Counted from the stretch's first letter, positions 1-14,165 are shown. The stretch is 64,000 nt of DNA from Camelus dromedarius (GCF_036321535.1 NC_087444.1:32056001-32120000), one strand, 5' to 3'. Notes: generated by a model not told the origin, from the letters alone. Program-made: numbers and translations.

Positions 1-25
1 CTCAACCTAATGCCCCTTCCCATAA
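1..25 (+). CDS. FCSK: Probable last codons of fucose kinase (gene lies upstream of the window)
   Basis: Frame from nt 2 reads TCA ACC TAA TGC CCC TTC CCA TAA (S-T-stop-C-P-F-P-stop), resembling the human FCSK C-terminus as I recall it (...ASTCCPFP*). FCSK is the tail-to-tail neighbour of COG4 in human. Confidence 0.5.
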
Positions 26-684
26 CGGCTTGTCCCTCTGCAAGAGGAGAAAGCCTGGAGCCATAGCAGCCCCTCTTCCTTCCCCCATGGGAGCACTCAG
101 CTTTCTACTCTTCATCTACTTTTTTTGTGAATCTGCCCAAAGGAAGCTGACCCAAGTTCAGGCCCAGCCCTTTCTAAAACTTGGTGAAGCAGAGATGGTG
201 CTTGGGAACAGGACTGTGACCTCCAGGTTGACAGTGGCTTAGACTTAGTCTCTGCTCCACATGGACATGGGAAGGTCCTAAGCTTAGCATCCCCTGTGGC
301 CTCTACAAATCCGATGGGCCAGCCTGGGACTTGGCCTACTCACTCTCCACGAGGGCCTGGAAGGAGATGACAACCAGCCTTAGCAGATGGCTGGGGTCCC
401 TTCATGAGGCTGACCCTGAAGAGGCATTTCCTGTGGCCTTCCTTAGAGGTCAGGCTTTATTTTTTTGCCTGAGTAGAGACTTCCTGTTCAACACTCACTC
501 CCAGGCTGACTTGACAGGCGAGTGGGAACAGGGATGAGGGTCCATCCTCATGTTTGTGGCAGATAGCCAGTGTGGTCCTGCAGCAAGTCACTACTAATTG
601 AGGCCTTAACCAGCAACAGTATGGACTATGCCACGTGACCCAGTGCCTGTGGGCCATGGGTTTTCAGGACTGCAGTATTCTTGG

Positions 685-690
685 AATAAA
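685..690 (+). terminator. AATAAA polyadenylation signal, probably FCSK 3' end
   Basis: AATAAA followed ~30 nt later by a U-rich tract (gtttttctatgtt); convergent with COG4. Confidence 0.55.
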
Positions 691-1018
691 CTCACTCTGC
701 CCTTTAAGGTTATCCTCATAGTTTTTCTATGTTCCTGCTGGGAACAATTCCCATTTACCCAGCACTGTGGGAAACTGCCCCTGCGATGATCCCAGCTTCT
801 GGTGCTGAGGGCCCAAGAGGGGATGACGATCTGGGATTGGATAAGGCACTTGGTATTATTTGGGTCATGGTGGTAGCCATGTGCTACTCTGGGTATGGGA
901 GGAGGTTGAGGATTTAGGCTTTTGCCTTCAAATTTCAGTGCATCTGGTGGACCTGTCTTGCCCTGGAGCATCCAGCCCTTCCTAGAAATAGCACACTGGC
1001 ATATCTCCAAGGAGTGTC

Positions 1019-1024
1019 TTTATT
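1019..1024 (-). terminator. AATAAA polyadenylation signal of COG4
   Basis: tttatt on +, ~420 nt past the COG4 stop, with GU/U-rich sequence downstream on the minus strand. Confidence 0.7.
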
Positions 1025-1441
1025 CAGGGTGATCATAAACATCACAGCCTCTCCTTGGAGTAAACCTAATTCCTTAGGTCCCTAGATAAATCCGAGTCCT
1101 TTAGGACTGACAGAGAGGCAGCTCATTTGCGACAACATCCAAGGACGAAAGAATGACCACCCATGCAGAAGGCTGGCCTGCCTTGGCTTTCCCACCTAAT
1201 TAGGAGCCAATGGGGACCTACCTCTCTTGGTGGGGAGAGACGGTCCCCAAAGCACCACCCAGACAGGTCTATTTACAGAGAGTGGCCTGAATCAAGGTCT
1301 TGTTTCCCTGCTGCCAGCAGTGGAATCGTCTGGGCTGTCAAGAATTCCCCCAAGCCAGATAGACTTGCTCAGCTTCTGGGCTGTGGCCACTTAGAGAATG
1401 GGCCCTGAAGTGTGATGGGCCAGTGGGGCTCACCCTGGCAG

Positions 1442-1576
1442 CTACAGGCGCAGCCTCTTGATGTCCTCACTGCGGAAGTCTATGCGCAGAGCTAGCACCT
1501 GGCGTACTTCAGCAGGAGTGAGGCGCCACGTCAGTGGTCCAGAGTTGGCGCCCCAGTAATCTAGGATCTCGGTCAC
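1442..1576 (-). CDS. COG4: COG4 exon 19 (last coding exon)
   Basis: cacag|[53 protein letters not shown] then TAG. Confidence 0.96.
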   Translation of the reverse strand: MTEILDYWGANSGPLTWRLTPAEVRQVLALRIDFRSEDIKRLRL

Positions 1577-1612
1577 CTGTGGGGAAGAACAGAGATGAGC
1601 AAGGAGGGGTTA

Positions 1613-1996
<384 letters not shown>

Positions 1997-2150
1997 TCAG
2001 TGCTAGGCTGCAAGGCCAGCTGGTGTCTCAGTTGGCTCCACTGCCTCAGGGCAGGACTAAGCCAAGATAGGGGTAGCAGACACAGGGGACAGAGTTGTCT
2101 TTCTTAGAAGGGAAACAACAGAGCAGGGACCTGTGCTCCCTTGACGTTAC

Positions 2151-2252
2151 CCGGTTGAAGGTGGACTTCAGCACAACTTTCTCCAACTCAACTGCAACAA
2201 GGCTGGTCATGAGGCTGGTCAGGCTGTCATAAATGACTGGGGACAGGCCGGC
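2151..2252 (-). CDS. COG4: COG4 exon 17
   Basis: [15 protein letters not shown]...KSTFNR; AG/GT flanks; 102 nt. Confidence 0.96.
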
Positions 2253-2275
2253 CTGCACACAGAGGTTAGACATCA

Positions 2276-2533
<258 letters not shown>

Positions 2534-3038
2534 CTAATGTCAGAAAGCAAGGTAGGTTAGGTCACTGGGGGCTTCTCCAAGAAATACCATTCACCTCCAC
2601 CCCACTCCCACCCCTCTAAGAAAACAGCTCCTGTAGCTTATGACTCATCCAGCCTAAAACCAGCTTAAAACCAGGCTGGTAGAAACTGCTGCTGTTTCTG
2701 TATCACACTTCTGACCAGAAAATGGCACTGGACTGCAGCAGTGGCCCACACAATAGGGTAAAGCTCCTCGCAGTTTATTCTCTCTTGAATCTCATGTTCC
2801 ACAGGAATGAAGTGATTAGGCTACAAAAAAAAGCTCCTAAGTCTATGAGAGGTGGGGCAAAAAGAGCCTCAATAAAAGAGAATGTGTCAGTTCAAGGCAA
2901 ACTCCCTTCAGAAGTCTTTTGGAGCCCTCTGACTGCAGGAACAACCTGTTTCTGGGAGGAACCTAGTCTTCGAAGGTGAGGGAAGTGGGCCTGAGAAATA
3001 TGTAAGGTCTAGTCCATTCAGACTGCTCCACTGCCCTA

Positions 3039-3347
<309 letters not shown>

Positions 3348-3691
3348 TCAAAGAGGCTAGGAACAACCTCTTCCTTTCCAGATATGTGCCAATTCAGATC
3401 TAGGCCAGATACAAGGTGGTGTGGTTGGTCTGGTAAACTCTCAAAAGAAGAGATTTCTGAGTGCCTGGCAGCACCTCTGGCTAAGGCCAAGCAGATCTGA
3501 GTAATCACGTGGTTGTTTCCTCCAAGCACCTTTCTGAGGGCTCTTGGCACTGTGGGGGCCAAGTGGAGATTCTAGAGGACCAGAATGCTGGCTTGACTGG
3601 TGCACTGCTGAAAAGCCTTTAGTCTTCAAGGGATTGGACAAGTTCAGTGGGTTGCACTCTACTCCCTCACACCTCCTTCCCCATTTCGTTA

Positions 3692-3880
<189 letters not shown>

Positions 3881-4559
3881 CTAGGGGAGAACACTTAGCC
3901 ATCAGGCTTCTGAGTATGCCTGGGTCACAGGAGTGTAGGGAGGGTGGAGAGGAGACCAACATGCAACCAGCCATTTTTCCTATTGCAGCCTTCCCTGGGA
4001 GGAGTTCTGGTTACTCTGAGGCAAGAATGCTGCTGGGTTTCAGGAAACCTGGATTTGATCCTGTGGCTAGCTACCTGGCTTCCACTTTCCCCTCTGTAAT
4101 ACGAGGGTACTGGTGTCAGGGAGTGTGAATAAGAAACACAAATACCAGAAGTTTTTTTCATACCTTTAGAGTCAGACATTCCTGGCTTCAAATCCTGGGT
4201 TGCCATTAGTTGAACGTACTACTGTAAATTCCCACCTGACTGCTCTCTCTCAGCCTCTCTCAGGAATCCTGTCAGCTCCTAGGCCCTCTTCTCATGTGCT
4301 GGCTCCTGGCCTTCTCAGTCTGCTCAGCCTGAAAGCCGACACTTATCGCAGCCTGGGTGCTGAGCCCCATGCTTCTGTAGCAAAGCATCTTCCCTGTTAT
4401 GAGTGCCCACTGGGGAGGCAGGACCCTGGCCTCCCTCCTCTCCAAGAGGCAGAGTTTGTGAGTAGGGAGAGTTGGGCTCTTTTCTAACACTTAACAAGGT
4501 GATTGCTCCACGCTGCTGTTTATAACTACGAATACAATCATTAACTACCACTACAGGTG

Positions 4560-4770
4560 CTTTATATTATCTCATTCAAGTCTCAAAACAAACCTGTGGG
4601 GCAGGGACCATTTTCCCTGTTTACAGATGAGGAAACTGAGGCTCAGGGAGATTAGAGAACTTGCCTCAGGCTGCACAACTGGTCAGTGGTCAAGCGGAGA
4701 CCTGAACTCAGGAGTATATAACTTCCAAGCCTAAGCAACTTCCACTATATTATGTGGCCTTCCTTTAAAA
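4560..4770. mobile_element. MIR SINE (approximate bounds)
   Basis: MIR core tttacagatgaggaaactgaggctcag...ttgcc. Confidence 0.75.
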
Positions 4771-4929
4771 AATGGTAACAGCAACAGGCTCTGTACAGGG
4801 TTAAGTGAACCCTATATCATCTTAATCTCAAAATTTATAGAGGACTTTATCACTTTTATAAGGTGCTTTCAACCCTGTTTTCTTATTAGGCCACCCAACA
4901 AACCCAAAGCAGGGAAGGATGGAGATCTG

Positions 4930-5060
4930 TATCTCATTTCATAGGTGAGAGAACTGAGGCTCAGGGAGTAAGGACTTGTCCAAGGTACCATGTCCAGTAT
5001 GTGCTTGAAGAGCTAATCTGAATTCTGATCTCCCAACTCATGGGTCAGCTCTTTCCACAG
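4930..5060. mobile_element. MIR SINE fragment (approximate bounds)
   Basis: catttcataggtgagagaactgaggctcagggagtaaggacttgtccaagg. Confidence 0.65.
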
Positions 5061-5235
5061 TTCAGAGATGCCTTTCTACCATGTCAGTCACTAATGAATC
5101 CCCTCAAGTGCTCTGAAGAACTGGCTTAATGCCAGGGAATGTCACAGTCCCCCAAAGAAAAAGTGCACAGGGCTCGTTCTCAAAGGAAGCCTGGGGAGGC
5201 TATAGCCACTGAAAGCTGACAATTTTTTCCTGTAC

Positions 5236-5298
5236 CTCCAGGGTCTTCTTCAAAGTGGATATGTTTTCACTGCAGACTTCCACGTTATTCAGGGTCAC
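5236..5298 (-). CDS. COG4: COG4 exon 13
   Basis: VTLNNVEVCSENISTLKKTLE; AG/GT flanks; 63 nt. Confidence 0.95.
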
Positions 5299-5734
5299 CT
5301 GGGAGACAAGGATAGAGGAATGTGACATCCTGCTTACTGTTGTCTGTACCCATTCCAAGGCCAAACTGGCTGACAGTTGTACTCCTGAGGCTCAGGGAGG
5401 TTAAGGACCAACCATAGCACTGTCATCAGGTAAGGGGCTCAGGTGTCAGAGTGCGCAGAATGGTGAACTAGGATTGCCCTTTCTCCTGGGCCTGACAGCA
5501 AGGCAGCAAAGTCATCCAACCTCAGAGGCAGTGACCCAGTTTTAGGTCTTTTTGCTCCACGTTTAGGCATGCAGGTCTGGGAGAAGTTCTGGGGCTCCAA
5601 ACCTCTAAGCCCAGACCAGTGATATAGAGGCTGACATTCATTAAAGAAATGCTTCCTGAGAGTCTGCCACCTATGAGGCATTTTCTCATTCATTAGTTTG
5701 CTGACTCTGATTAATACGTTCTGCAAAACAAGTA

Positions 5735-5914
5735 TAGTTGACCCTTGAACAATGTGGGGGCTAGGGGAGCAATAAAATATCATTGTATAACTTGGAGTTG
5801 AATTTCCGTATCCACATCCACGGGTTCAACCAACTGTAGTAGTCACCCACTGAAAAAAATCCACTTGTAAGTGGACCCGTGCAGTTCAAACTCATGTTGT
5901 TCAAGGGTTAACTG
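5735..5914. mobile_element. Non-autonomous TcMar-Tigger DNA transposon (Tigger2/MER28-like)
   Basis: Terminal inverted repeats agttgacccttgaacaa / ttgttcaagggttaact, flanked by TA on both sides. Confidence 0.8.
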
Positions 5915-5989
5915 TATTGTCAAGCCAGCTCACAGGTGGAAACGAGACTCCTAAGAGGGTAAAATGATTCACCTAGGTCAGTTAACTTT

Positions 5990-6175
5990 TGATTCAGCAA
6001 ATATTTAAAGTGCCTACTATGTGCCAGGCACTGTTCTAGGTACCAAGAAGAAAGCAGTTAACAGACAAAATCCACTCCCTCACAGAATTTACATTCCAGA
6101 AGGGAAGTCAGATAATACAGTATCAGGTAGCGATAAAGGCCATGAAGAAAAATAAAGCAGGGTAGGGGGACAGAA
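5990..6175. mobile_element. L2 LINE 3'-end fragment (approximate bounds)
   Basis: attcagcaaatatttaaagtgcctactatgtgccaggcactgttctagg, the typical L2 terminus. Confidence 0.7.
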
Positions 6176-6319
6176 ATTCAGAGTGATAGGCCACAGTGCT
6201 AGTGCCAGAATTAGAATTTAGGTCTCCCCACTCTAGACCAAAGGCTCCTTCTTTCATAAATCAATTGCCTTAGGAGCTTCGTGCAGAAACACCGATCATA
6301 AAAAGCAGCATGTGAGCGA

Positions 6320-6607
6320 GGAGCCTCGGAGGTCACTGTGGGGAAGTGGGGCAGGGGCAGCATGGCAGCCTCCTTATGGCTCTATGGAGCCGCCACTGGC
6401 CTCCAGTACTGGAGCTGCCAGCTGGCAGTGGCCAACCTTGCAGCAATGTGTTCTGGGTCAATGGCTTCTAAGACTTCAACTGGATTCATTGGGGTAGGCA
6501 ACATGGGGAATCCCATGGGAAAAAAAAATCTTGTGAAACGTGGCTATCTGCTCATTATTTATGTGTTCCCTGACACATGCAAAGACTTTCTAGGTGCAGG
6601 TGAATAG
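6320..6607 (+). pseudogene. HIBADH: Processed HIBADH (3-hydroxyisobutyrate dehydrogenase) retrocopy fragment: 5'UTR plus N-terminal ~84 codons
   Basis: ATG 6362: MAASLWLYGAATGLQYWS...SKTSTGFIGVGNMGNPMGKKNLVKRGYLLIIYVFPDTCKDFLGAGE*, recognisably HIBADH (MAASLRLLGAASGLRYWS...GFIGLGNMGNPMAKNLMKHGYPLIIYDVFPDACKEF..AGEQ). Intronless; antisense within COG4 intron 12. Confidence 0.9.
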
Positions 6608-7114
6608 GCCAACTCCTCGCTTCCCTCAAGGTACAAGAGGCCACCTGCAGTTCCAGGTGAAGAAGTGCTTTAGTATGTTACCACCCTGGAGGTTTTTCTT
6701 CAACCAAATAGTAATTAAAAACTGCTACATGGGTTATGAAGGAAATAAAAATTTTGATAAAATATTAAAAAGAGGAGCAGGTGACAAAAGTGATAATTAA
6801 GGAACAAACTGCTATGGCTATTTAGAGGAAAGAAAATATTTTGGTCTAGGGTATTCCAGGAAACCCCATGGTACAGTTGGTAAATAAGCAGAACTTAAAA
6901 GGCTAGAACACAATTCTGACAGGAGAGGAGGATGAGTACATTTCTCCACCCCCATCAGCCTCCCTCTAGCCTACTGTCCTGTTTGATATTTTCTTAATGA
7001 GTCTTAGGAGTATCTGATATTGTCTTGTCTGTTTCTTGTTTGCCTTTCCCACTAAAATGAGAGCTCAATGAAGGCAGGGACCTAGTCTGTATTCTTTACA
7101 GCCATATCTCTAGG

Positions 7115-7415
7115 ATAGCACTCTCCAATACAACTTTCTAGATGAAGGGAATATTCTAAATCTGAACTGTCCAGTACAGTACTCCTAGTCATGTATGGCT
7201 ATTGAGTACTTGAAATATGGCTTAGGAACTGGATTTTTAAAGTTTAATTTTTTTAGGGGGGGGAGGTAATTAGGTTTATTTATTTATTTATTCTTGAACC
7301 CAGGACCTCATGCATGCTAAGCATGCGCCCTACCACTTGAGCTATACCCTCCCTCCTTAAAGTTAAATTTAAATAGCCACCTGTGGCCAATGGCTCTCAT
7401 ATTGGGCAGCACAGC
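7115..7415. mobile_element. MER3/MER33-like hAT DNA transposon, interrupted by a SINE and lying within L2-like sequence
   Basis: tccaatacaactttct...atgtatggctattgagtacttgaaat...aaatagccacctgtggcc...tattgggcagcacag. Confidence 0.65.
7251..7356 (-). mobile_element. tRNA-Ala-derived camelid-type SINE (Vic-1-like)
   Basis: Reverse complement GGAGGGTATAGCTCAAGTGGTAGGGCGCATGCTTAGCATGCATGAGGTCCTGGGTTCAA; TSD ttaaagtt(t/a)aattt at 7237-7250 and 7357-7370. Confidence 0.85.
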
Positions 7416-9866
7416 TCCAGAACCTAGGACAGTGTTTGATATGTAGAAGTTTTTAAATTTATAATTGAATAAATGAGTGAATGTTTTCTGGAGAAGGGTT
7501 AACACAAGCAAATGCAGAGTAGCAGAAAATCCCCTAAAGTATTTGGGGATAAGCAGAATCAGTGCACAGACATGTGCAGGGAAACGATAAAAGGTGGAGC
7601 TACAGAGACAGAAGTCAGACTGGGATTTGGGTGCTATGCTGTCCTGTGGATAATGGGGTGGCACTGAGGATTATTTAAAGCAGGCAAATGCCACACGAGC
7701 ACAGTTGTGGTTTGGGAATACTAATCTAGAGGCCATATGTGGGAGAAATTGGAGTTTGAGATCACACTGCTTCTGAACTGGTGTGCTGGTGGCATGACCA
7801 GCAAGGCAGGATGAGGTTGGGAGGAACTAAAATGTCAAGAGATGAGTCAGGAGCTTCAGGATTTCAGGGTGAGAGAAGAATCCCAGAAACCCAGGGATTG
7901 AGATTAGAATGTCCTTCTTGTCTTCCACAAGACTACTGGCCTTGTCAGTGTCCTGAAGCCAATATTGAATGATCATGCTGCTGACAGTGCTGCTAAGGCC
8001 ACTTCTATGATGAATAAATGAGACTTAAGGCCTTTCATTATCATGCCACCAGGCTGCTAACTTCACAAGTTTCCAGAGAAATAACTGCACTGTCATGATA
8101 GCTCAAGGATGAAAGCTACAACCTAAATGTTTCGAAGGTGCTTTAGGGCATAAGAAAAACCTATCATGAGGGGAAAATGGATTTCGGTTCAAATGGTATT
8201 GATTTCTAAGTTTCCTTGTGCTGATAGTCCTTGTAAGCATGCATTCACTGGGCTTATCCCCAGCTCATGGTGAATGATGTATCAATACTATTGGGGAATT
8301 CATCCTGACAGCCAAATGAATCAAGGTGACATAAGAAATAGGCCCTGTGGTGGGAGTGATGACATTTTAAGTACTTGGCTTCAGGAAATGTAGGAACCTG
8401 TCACCAAGCATTTAGCATCACCTTTTCTTGTTGGGCCCCAAACAATGAAGCTGTCTGAATGGGAGCAGTGAATGTGTGAACACACAGCAGCCAGCCTAAT
8501 GGGGACTTGTGGAGCTGAGGGTAGAAAATAGGACTAGAGTGATAGGATGGGTCAGATTCAGGAGGCCTTCAACAAAACACTAGGCAAAGGTTTCTGTCTA
8601 GTTTTGGTTTGGTAAGTAGCAAGAAGTTGTTTCTGAGCAGAGAAATCAAAGAATGAAAGTAAGTTCTGTAAAAACTTATGTAAAAAATGAAATAGAATGC
8701 AAATAAAAAGAAAAATTCAAGTCAGTTCATGACCATAAGAAGCTGGTTGTCAGACATTATGGCAAAGTTCTCCAAAGGTACCGTATTTCAGAGGCAGTAA
8801 TTTCTTGGAACTGGTCCTATTTTTTGGCAACAACCATGACATCCCAGATCAACTGAACCCATGCCCAGGGAAAATATTTCCAATGACAGGAAGAAAGTGG
8901 GGCTGCCTAAGTAGTCTTCATGTTGAAACTGTCTGAGGAGGAGTTACTATGGGTCCCTGGGCACAGGGATGGGGTAGATATTAGTGCATTTAGGGTTCTG
9001 TGTCTGAAAGCAACATCTCTCAATTCTTTCGGCGTCAAATACCCCTTTAAGAATGTGATGGAAGCTAAGGACCCTGCTTCCAGAAAAAAACATATATACA
9101 TTTTTGCATCCAACCCCAGAGTGTTCGGAGATCCCATTTGTGGGCTGTTGACAAAGCTCTGCTATTGGATGTTTCCTTCAGGCTCTGAACCACAGAAGCT
9201 AAGAAGACTCAGAGTCTGGCCAATGTCAGGGTAGAGCAGAATGACTTCTCACAGCACTGTTCCCACACAAGCCAGGACAACTTGTGCCAGACAGGCCTCA
9301 TCACTGGCTTAGGACTCATCTGCATCCTTTTGGGCTCATCACAAATTGGTTGTTACCTTGTATAATTCCTTTCATCCTTCCACACTTCTACTTCCCTAAC
9401 TGTCACACAACTAGTAAGATTCACTGCTTCATCACATCTGTCATGCTGGGTAGTAAGGGCTTTAAGGTCACCTTTCTGAGGAAGTTGAAGGCCTAAGAAG
9501 TTTGCTAGAAAAGCAGTCTGGGAGGCCTGAAGGATTGTCCCCCAACCCATGCTGTGGGACTGTTCTCAGAGAAGTGGTCTGGGGGTCTGGCACAGATGCA
9601 AGCCAAGCTTAATACTCAGTGGGGCCCCTGAACAGCTGGGTAGTGGTCTTGGGAATGAGCACTGGGGAGAGCTGAGGCACCCAGCCTTCCAGGCCAGGAA
9701 CAGTGCATGTCCTGGCTCAGGCTGCTCTGAAATAGGTCCATGGGTAATAAGATATAGTTTCAGAACCTTCTTTCTAGGGAGAGCTTTCCTTAAAGGAGTT
9801 TTCCCTCTACACAGACACTGGAGGAAGTCTCCAGTTGAAGGCTGATTATACTGTGCTTAGAGGTCA

Positions 9867-10121
<255 letters not shown>

Positions 10122-10878
10122 TCAACCTGGCCTCTAGGACAGCAGCACCAGAGGGCTCACTACTCTGAGCCAGCAACATGAGTTGCTCTTTCAGGGAAAT
10201 AACCGATCCCTGAGATCACTGTAGGAGACTTTGAGCAGCCAGGGTATGAGGCCAACACCCCCTCAAGGGCACTGATGTGACAAGAACACACAAAGGAGAC
10301 TGGCTAACTCTCTACTCCTTATGAGGCTTTTATTTAATGCCAGTGAGCTCCAACAAACTCAAGAAGATGTAGTACAGCTTAATGAAATGCAGCACCATGT
10401 AAGTGTTGAGACTAGGTTTCAAAAGTCAGACTTTATTCCATATTCTACTATTTATGAGGTGTGAGATCTGCCTAAGCCCCAGTTTCCCCTTCTACAAGAG
10501 AGAGCTAATGGTTCCTGCCTCATAGGGTCACTATTAGGACTAAACAAGAGCAGGAAATGAGCACAGTGCCTGGCCTGTAGAAATGGTAACCATGATTAAT
10601 GTTACAACCACTGCCTTCATCTGAGCCGCTTGTTCTCTTTCCCAGGTCTGAGGGCCAGTAACTCCTCCAGTCCGGCCCAGGAAACACAGATTTTGCATAT
10701 AAGATATCTGGTTGCTGTACAACTGCCTGGCGTTAAGATGTCATGCTATGGATAGGAGCTTATATCCTGTGTAGAACTGAACTAAAATCATAAGGGAAAA
10801 AAGGAAGAAACAAAATGGGGCTCAGAAATCAATCACAACTAGAACCTTTTTGCTTCCTAGAAAGTAGAAAGGGCATCA

Positions 10879-11052
<174 letters not shown>

Positions 11053-11475
11053 CTACCCAAAAGGCAAAGCACCCAGTGAGGGCCCCAGTCTGCATGTTAC
11101 TGTTCTAGATGGTTCTGGAACAGGCCCTGGCCCTGCTCCCTTTTTTGTACCTTGTCCACAGTTTTCCCAACACAGCTTATTCTGGTCATAGCTTGGTGTG
11201 GCTCCTCCTTGCCAAAATAGCTCACTTCCCTACTGAACACCATGTTAGGAAATTCAGTATGGAGGGCATTTGCCTTAGGAACATCCGTTACATGGGATGT
11301 AAGACATCAGGTGAGGCCCTTCTTCCCCAAGGCTCCTCACCCTCATGCCTTTAGGGAGGCAGGGAGCAGGTAGGCTCCCAGAGGAGCTGAGGTGTTCTTT
11401 TGTGATCCTTGGAAAGAAGTCCTAGCTGAGTCCATGAAGAGGATAACCACTCCCAAGATGCCCCCTAACCATTCA

Positions 11476-11838
<363 letters not shown>

Positions 11839-13287
11839 TTACATTATTATAACCACAGTACACATACATTTTTATATTTTGCTTAAAAAATTACATTATA
11901 AGTATTTCAGTGTTTCTACATAGCTTAGTTTTTCTTCTTTTTAGCTTATTCATTTTTAATGGCTGCATGGTATTTTATCAGGTAGATAGTTCATATTTTT
12001 TTAAACTACTCTATTTTTAGACACCTGGGTAATTTCCAAATGTTTTGCCATTATTAGAGATAATTGTAAATCACAGTAATTGGAGATTTTAGTTAACGTT
12101 TTTGTACAATAACTTTTTACTTCTTTTTCATTATTTCCTTAGAATTAATTAGTAAGACTCAAAAGATGTAAGTTTCTAGGCCAAAGACTGAAATATACTG
12201 GTATAAAACATTTCATTCTCTAACCAGAATTTTCTGTAATGATGGAAATGTTCTATATATGTGTGGTGTTTAATATGGTAGCCACTATTAAGCACTTGAA
12301 ATGTGCCTAATGTGATCGAGGAATTGAATTTTTAATTTCATTTAATTTCAATTAAATTTAAATAGTCACATGTGAACATACACAGTCATTATTAGTAGCA
12401 ATAAACTCCAAACTCTAAATAAGCATATATCCTCCTTTAAACACCAACTCAAGGCAGTACCACTAGGTTATATAAATAATTCCCTTGCCCTGTATTATTG
12501 GTATTAGCCATGCAGAATGCCACAGCTGCTGGGTCAGTTTCAGGTCTTCAGTTCAGGGAATTCTGCATATATTTAACTAGCAGAAATTAAATGTTCTTAA
12601 AAACCTGGAGAGTCAATGTGTCAATGAAATAGAACTGTGACACATCTTTTTATTCAACATATTTATCAATTCAAAAGTTGTGAGTGGGGGAACTGGGAGA
12701 CCAAGGGGGAGGGTGAAAGGCTTTCCTTATACCATATACTCTTTTGTATACTCTTTATATTACATGCTCTTTTCTTGATACTATACCTCAATACTACACT
12801 GAGGTGTAATTTACACAACATAAAGTTCACCCATTGTATATGTACAAATCAATGATTTTTTAGTAACTTTATATAGAATATTGTAACAATAGCCACAACC
12901 CAGTTTTAGAATATCCCTATCATTCCCAAAAGTTCCCTCATGAAGTTATACATATCTTTTCTTCTATCCATCTAACTATCTATCATGTGTACATATCATC
13001 TACTTAAATTGAACACCAATCCCCAAATCTGAGCTGGTGAGGAAGCACAGTGTGGGGAAAAGAGCAGAGAAAAATCATTTAACCATTCTTACCATTAGCT
13101 TTTCTCATCTGTAAAATGATTAGAAAGCCTCAAAGATCTAGACCAATTCTAAAATTTGGAAAGTCTGGACTTGCTCCTGGGAGTCAATTTGTTCACAGAC
13201 ACCCTCCCACCTGCTGCCTGAGACTAACCAGCCCTGGGCTTATTAAAGGACCCATGGCTTAACAATTACAAAACAGTGCCAACTCTA

Positions 13288-13596
<309 letters not shown>

Positions 13597-13859
13597 CTAG
13601 CTCTGCTAGCCTGATTATAATCTCAAGACAGCTGTCAACCACGTATTTCATTTACATGTTTCTCCTGAATTATGCCCCCGCTAAAATCCTGCCAGGGCAA
13701 AATAAGAGATTGGGAGATGGATTTTTGTTAGTGGCTTGAGTAAAAATTATCCATGCTTCGTGTGAAAGAAATCACACTGCCCTATCCCCTTATGTAGCTG
13801 TGGTGGGAATTTTTAGGATACTCCATTCAACTGTGTCCCACTTCCATTCATTTACATAT

Positions 13860-14165
13860 AAACAACCAAAACAATCTTGGGAAAAAAAAAAGTTGGAGGA
13901 CTCACACTTTCTGATTTCAAAATTTACTACAAAGCTATAGCAATCAAGACAGGGTGGTTTTTACTGGCATTAAGGATAGGCATATAGATTAATTGAGAGT
14001 CCAGAAATCTTTACATTTATGGTCAACTGATTTCTGACAAGAATGCTAAGACAATTCTATAAGGAAAGAATAGTCTTCTCAACAAATTGTGCTAGGATAA
14101 CCATACACACATCACAAAGAATGAAGCTGATCCCCTCCCTGACATTACATACAAAAATTAACTCA
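13860..14165 (+). mobile_element. L1 LINE ORF2 fragment (approximate bounds)
   Basis: aaagttggaggactcacactttctgatttcaaaatttactacaaagctatagcaatcaagacag...catacacaaaaattaactca-like L1 sequence. Confidence 0.85.

Noticed and set aside
30..1408. Several 60-134 aa ORFs at the window start
   Set aside because: No recognisable protein; they lie in probable 3'UTR or intergenic sequence and overlap on both strands, as expected by chance.
8270..8310. ATGATGT...CTGA C/D-like pair
   Set aside because: Too short, imperfect C box, and antisense to the COG4 host transcript.
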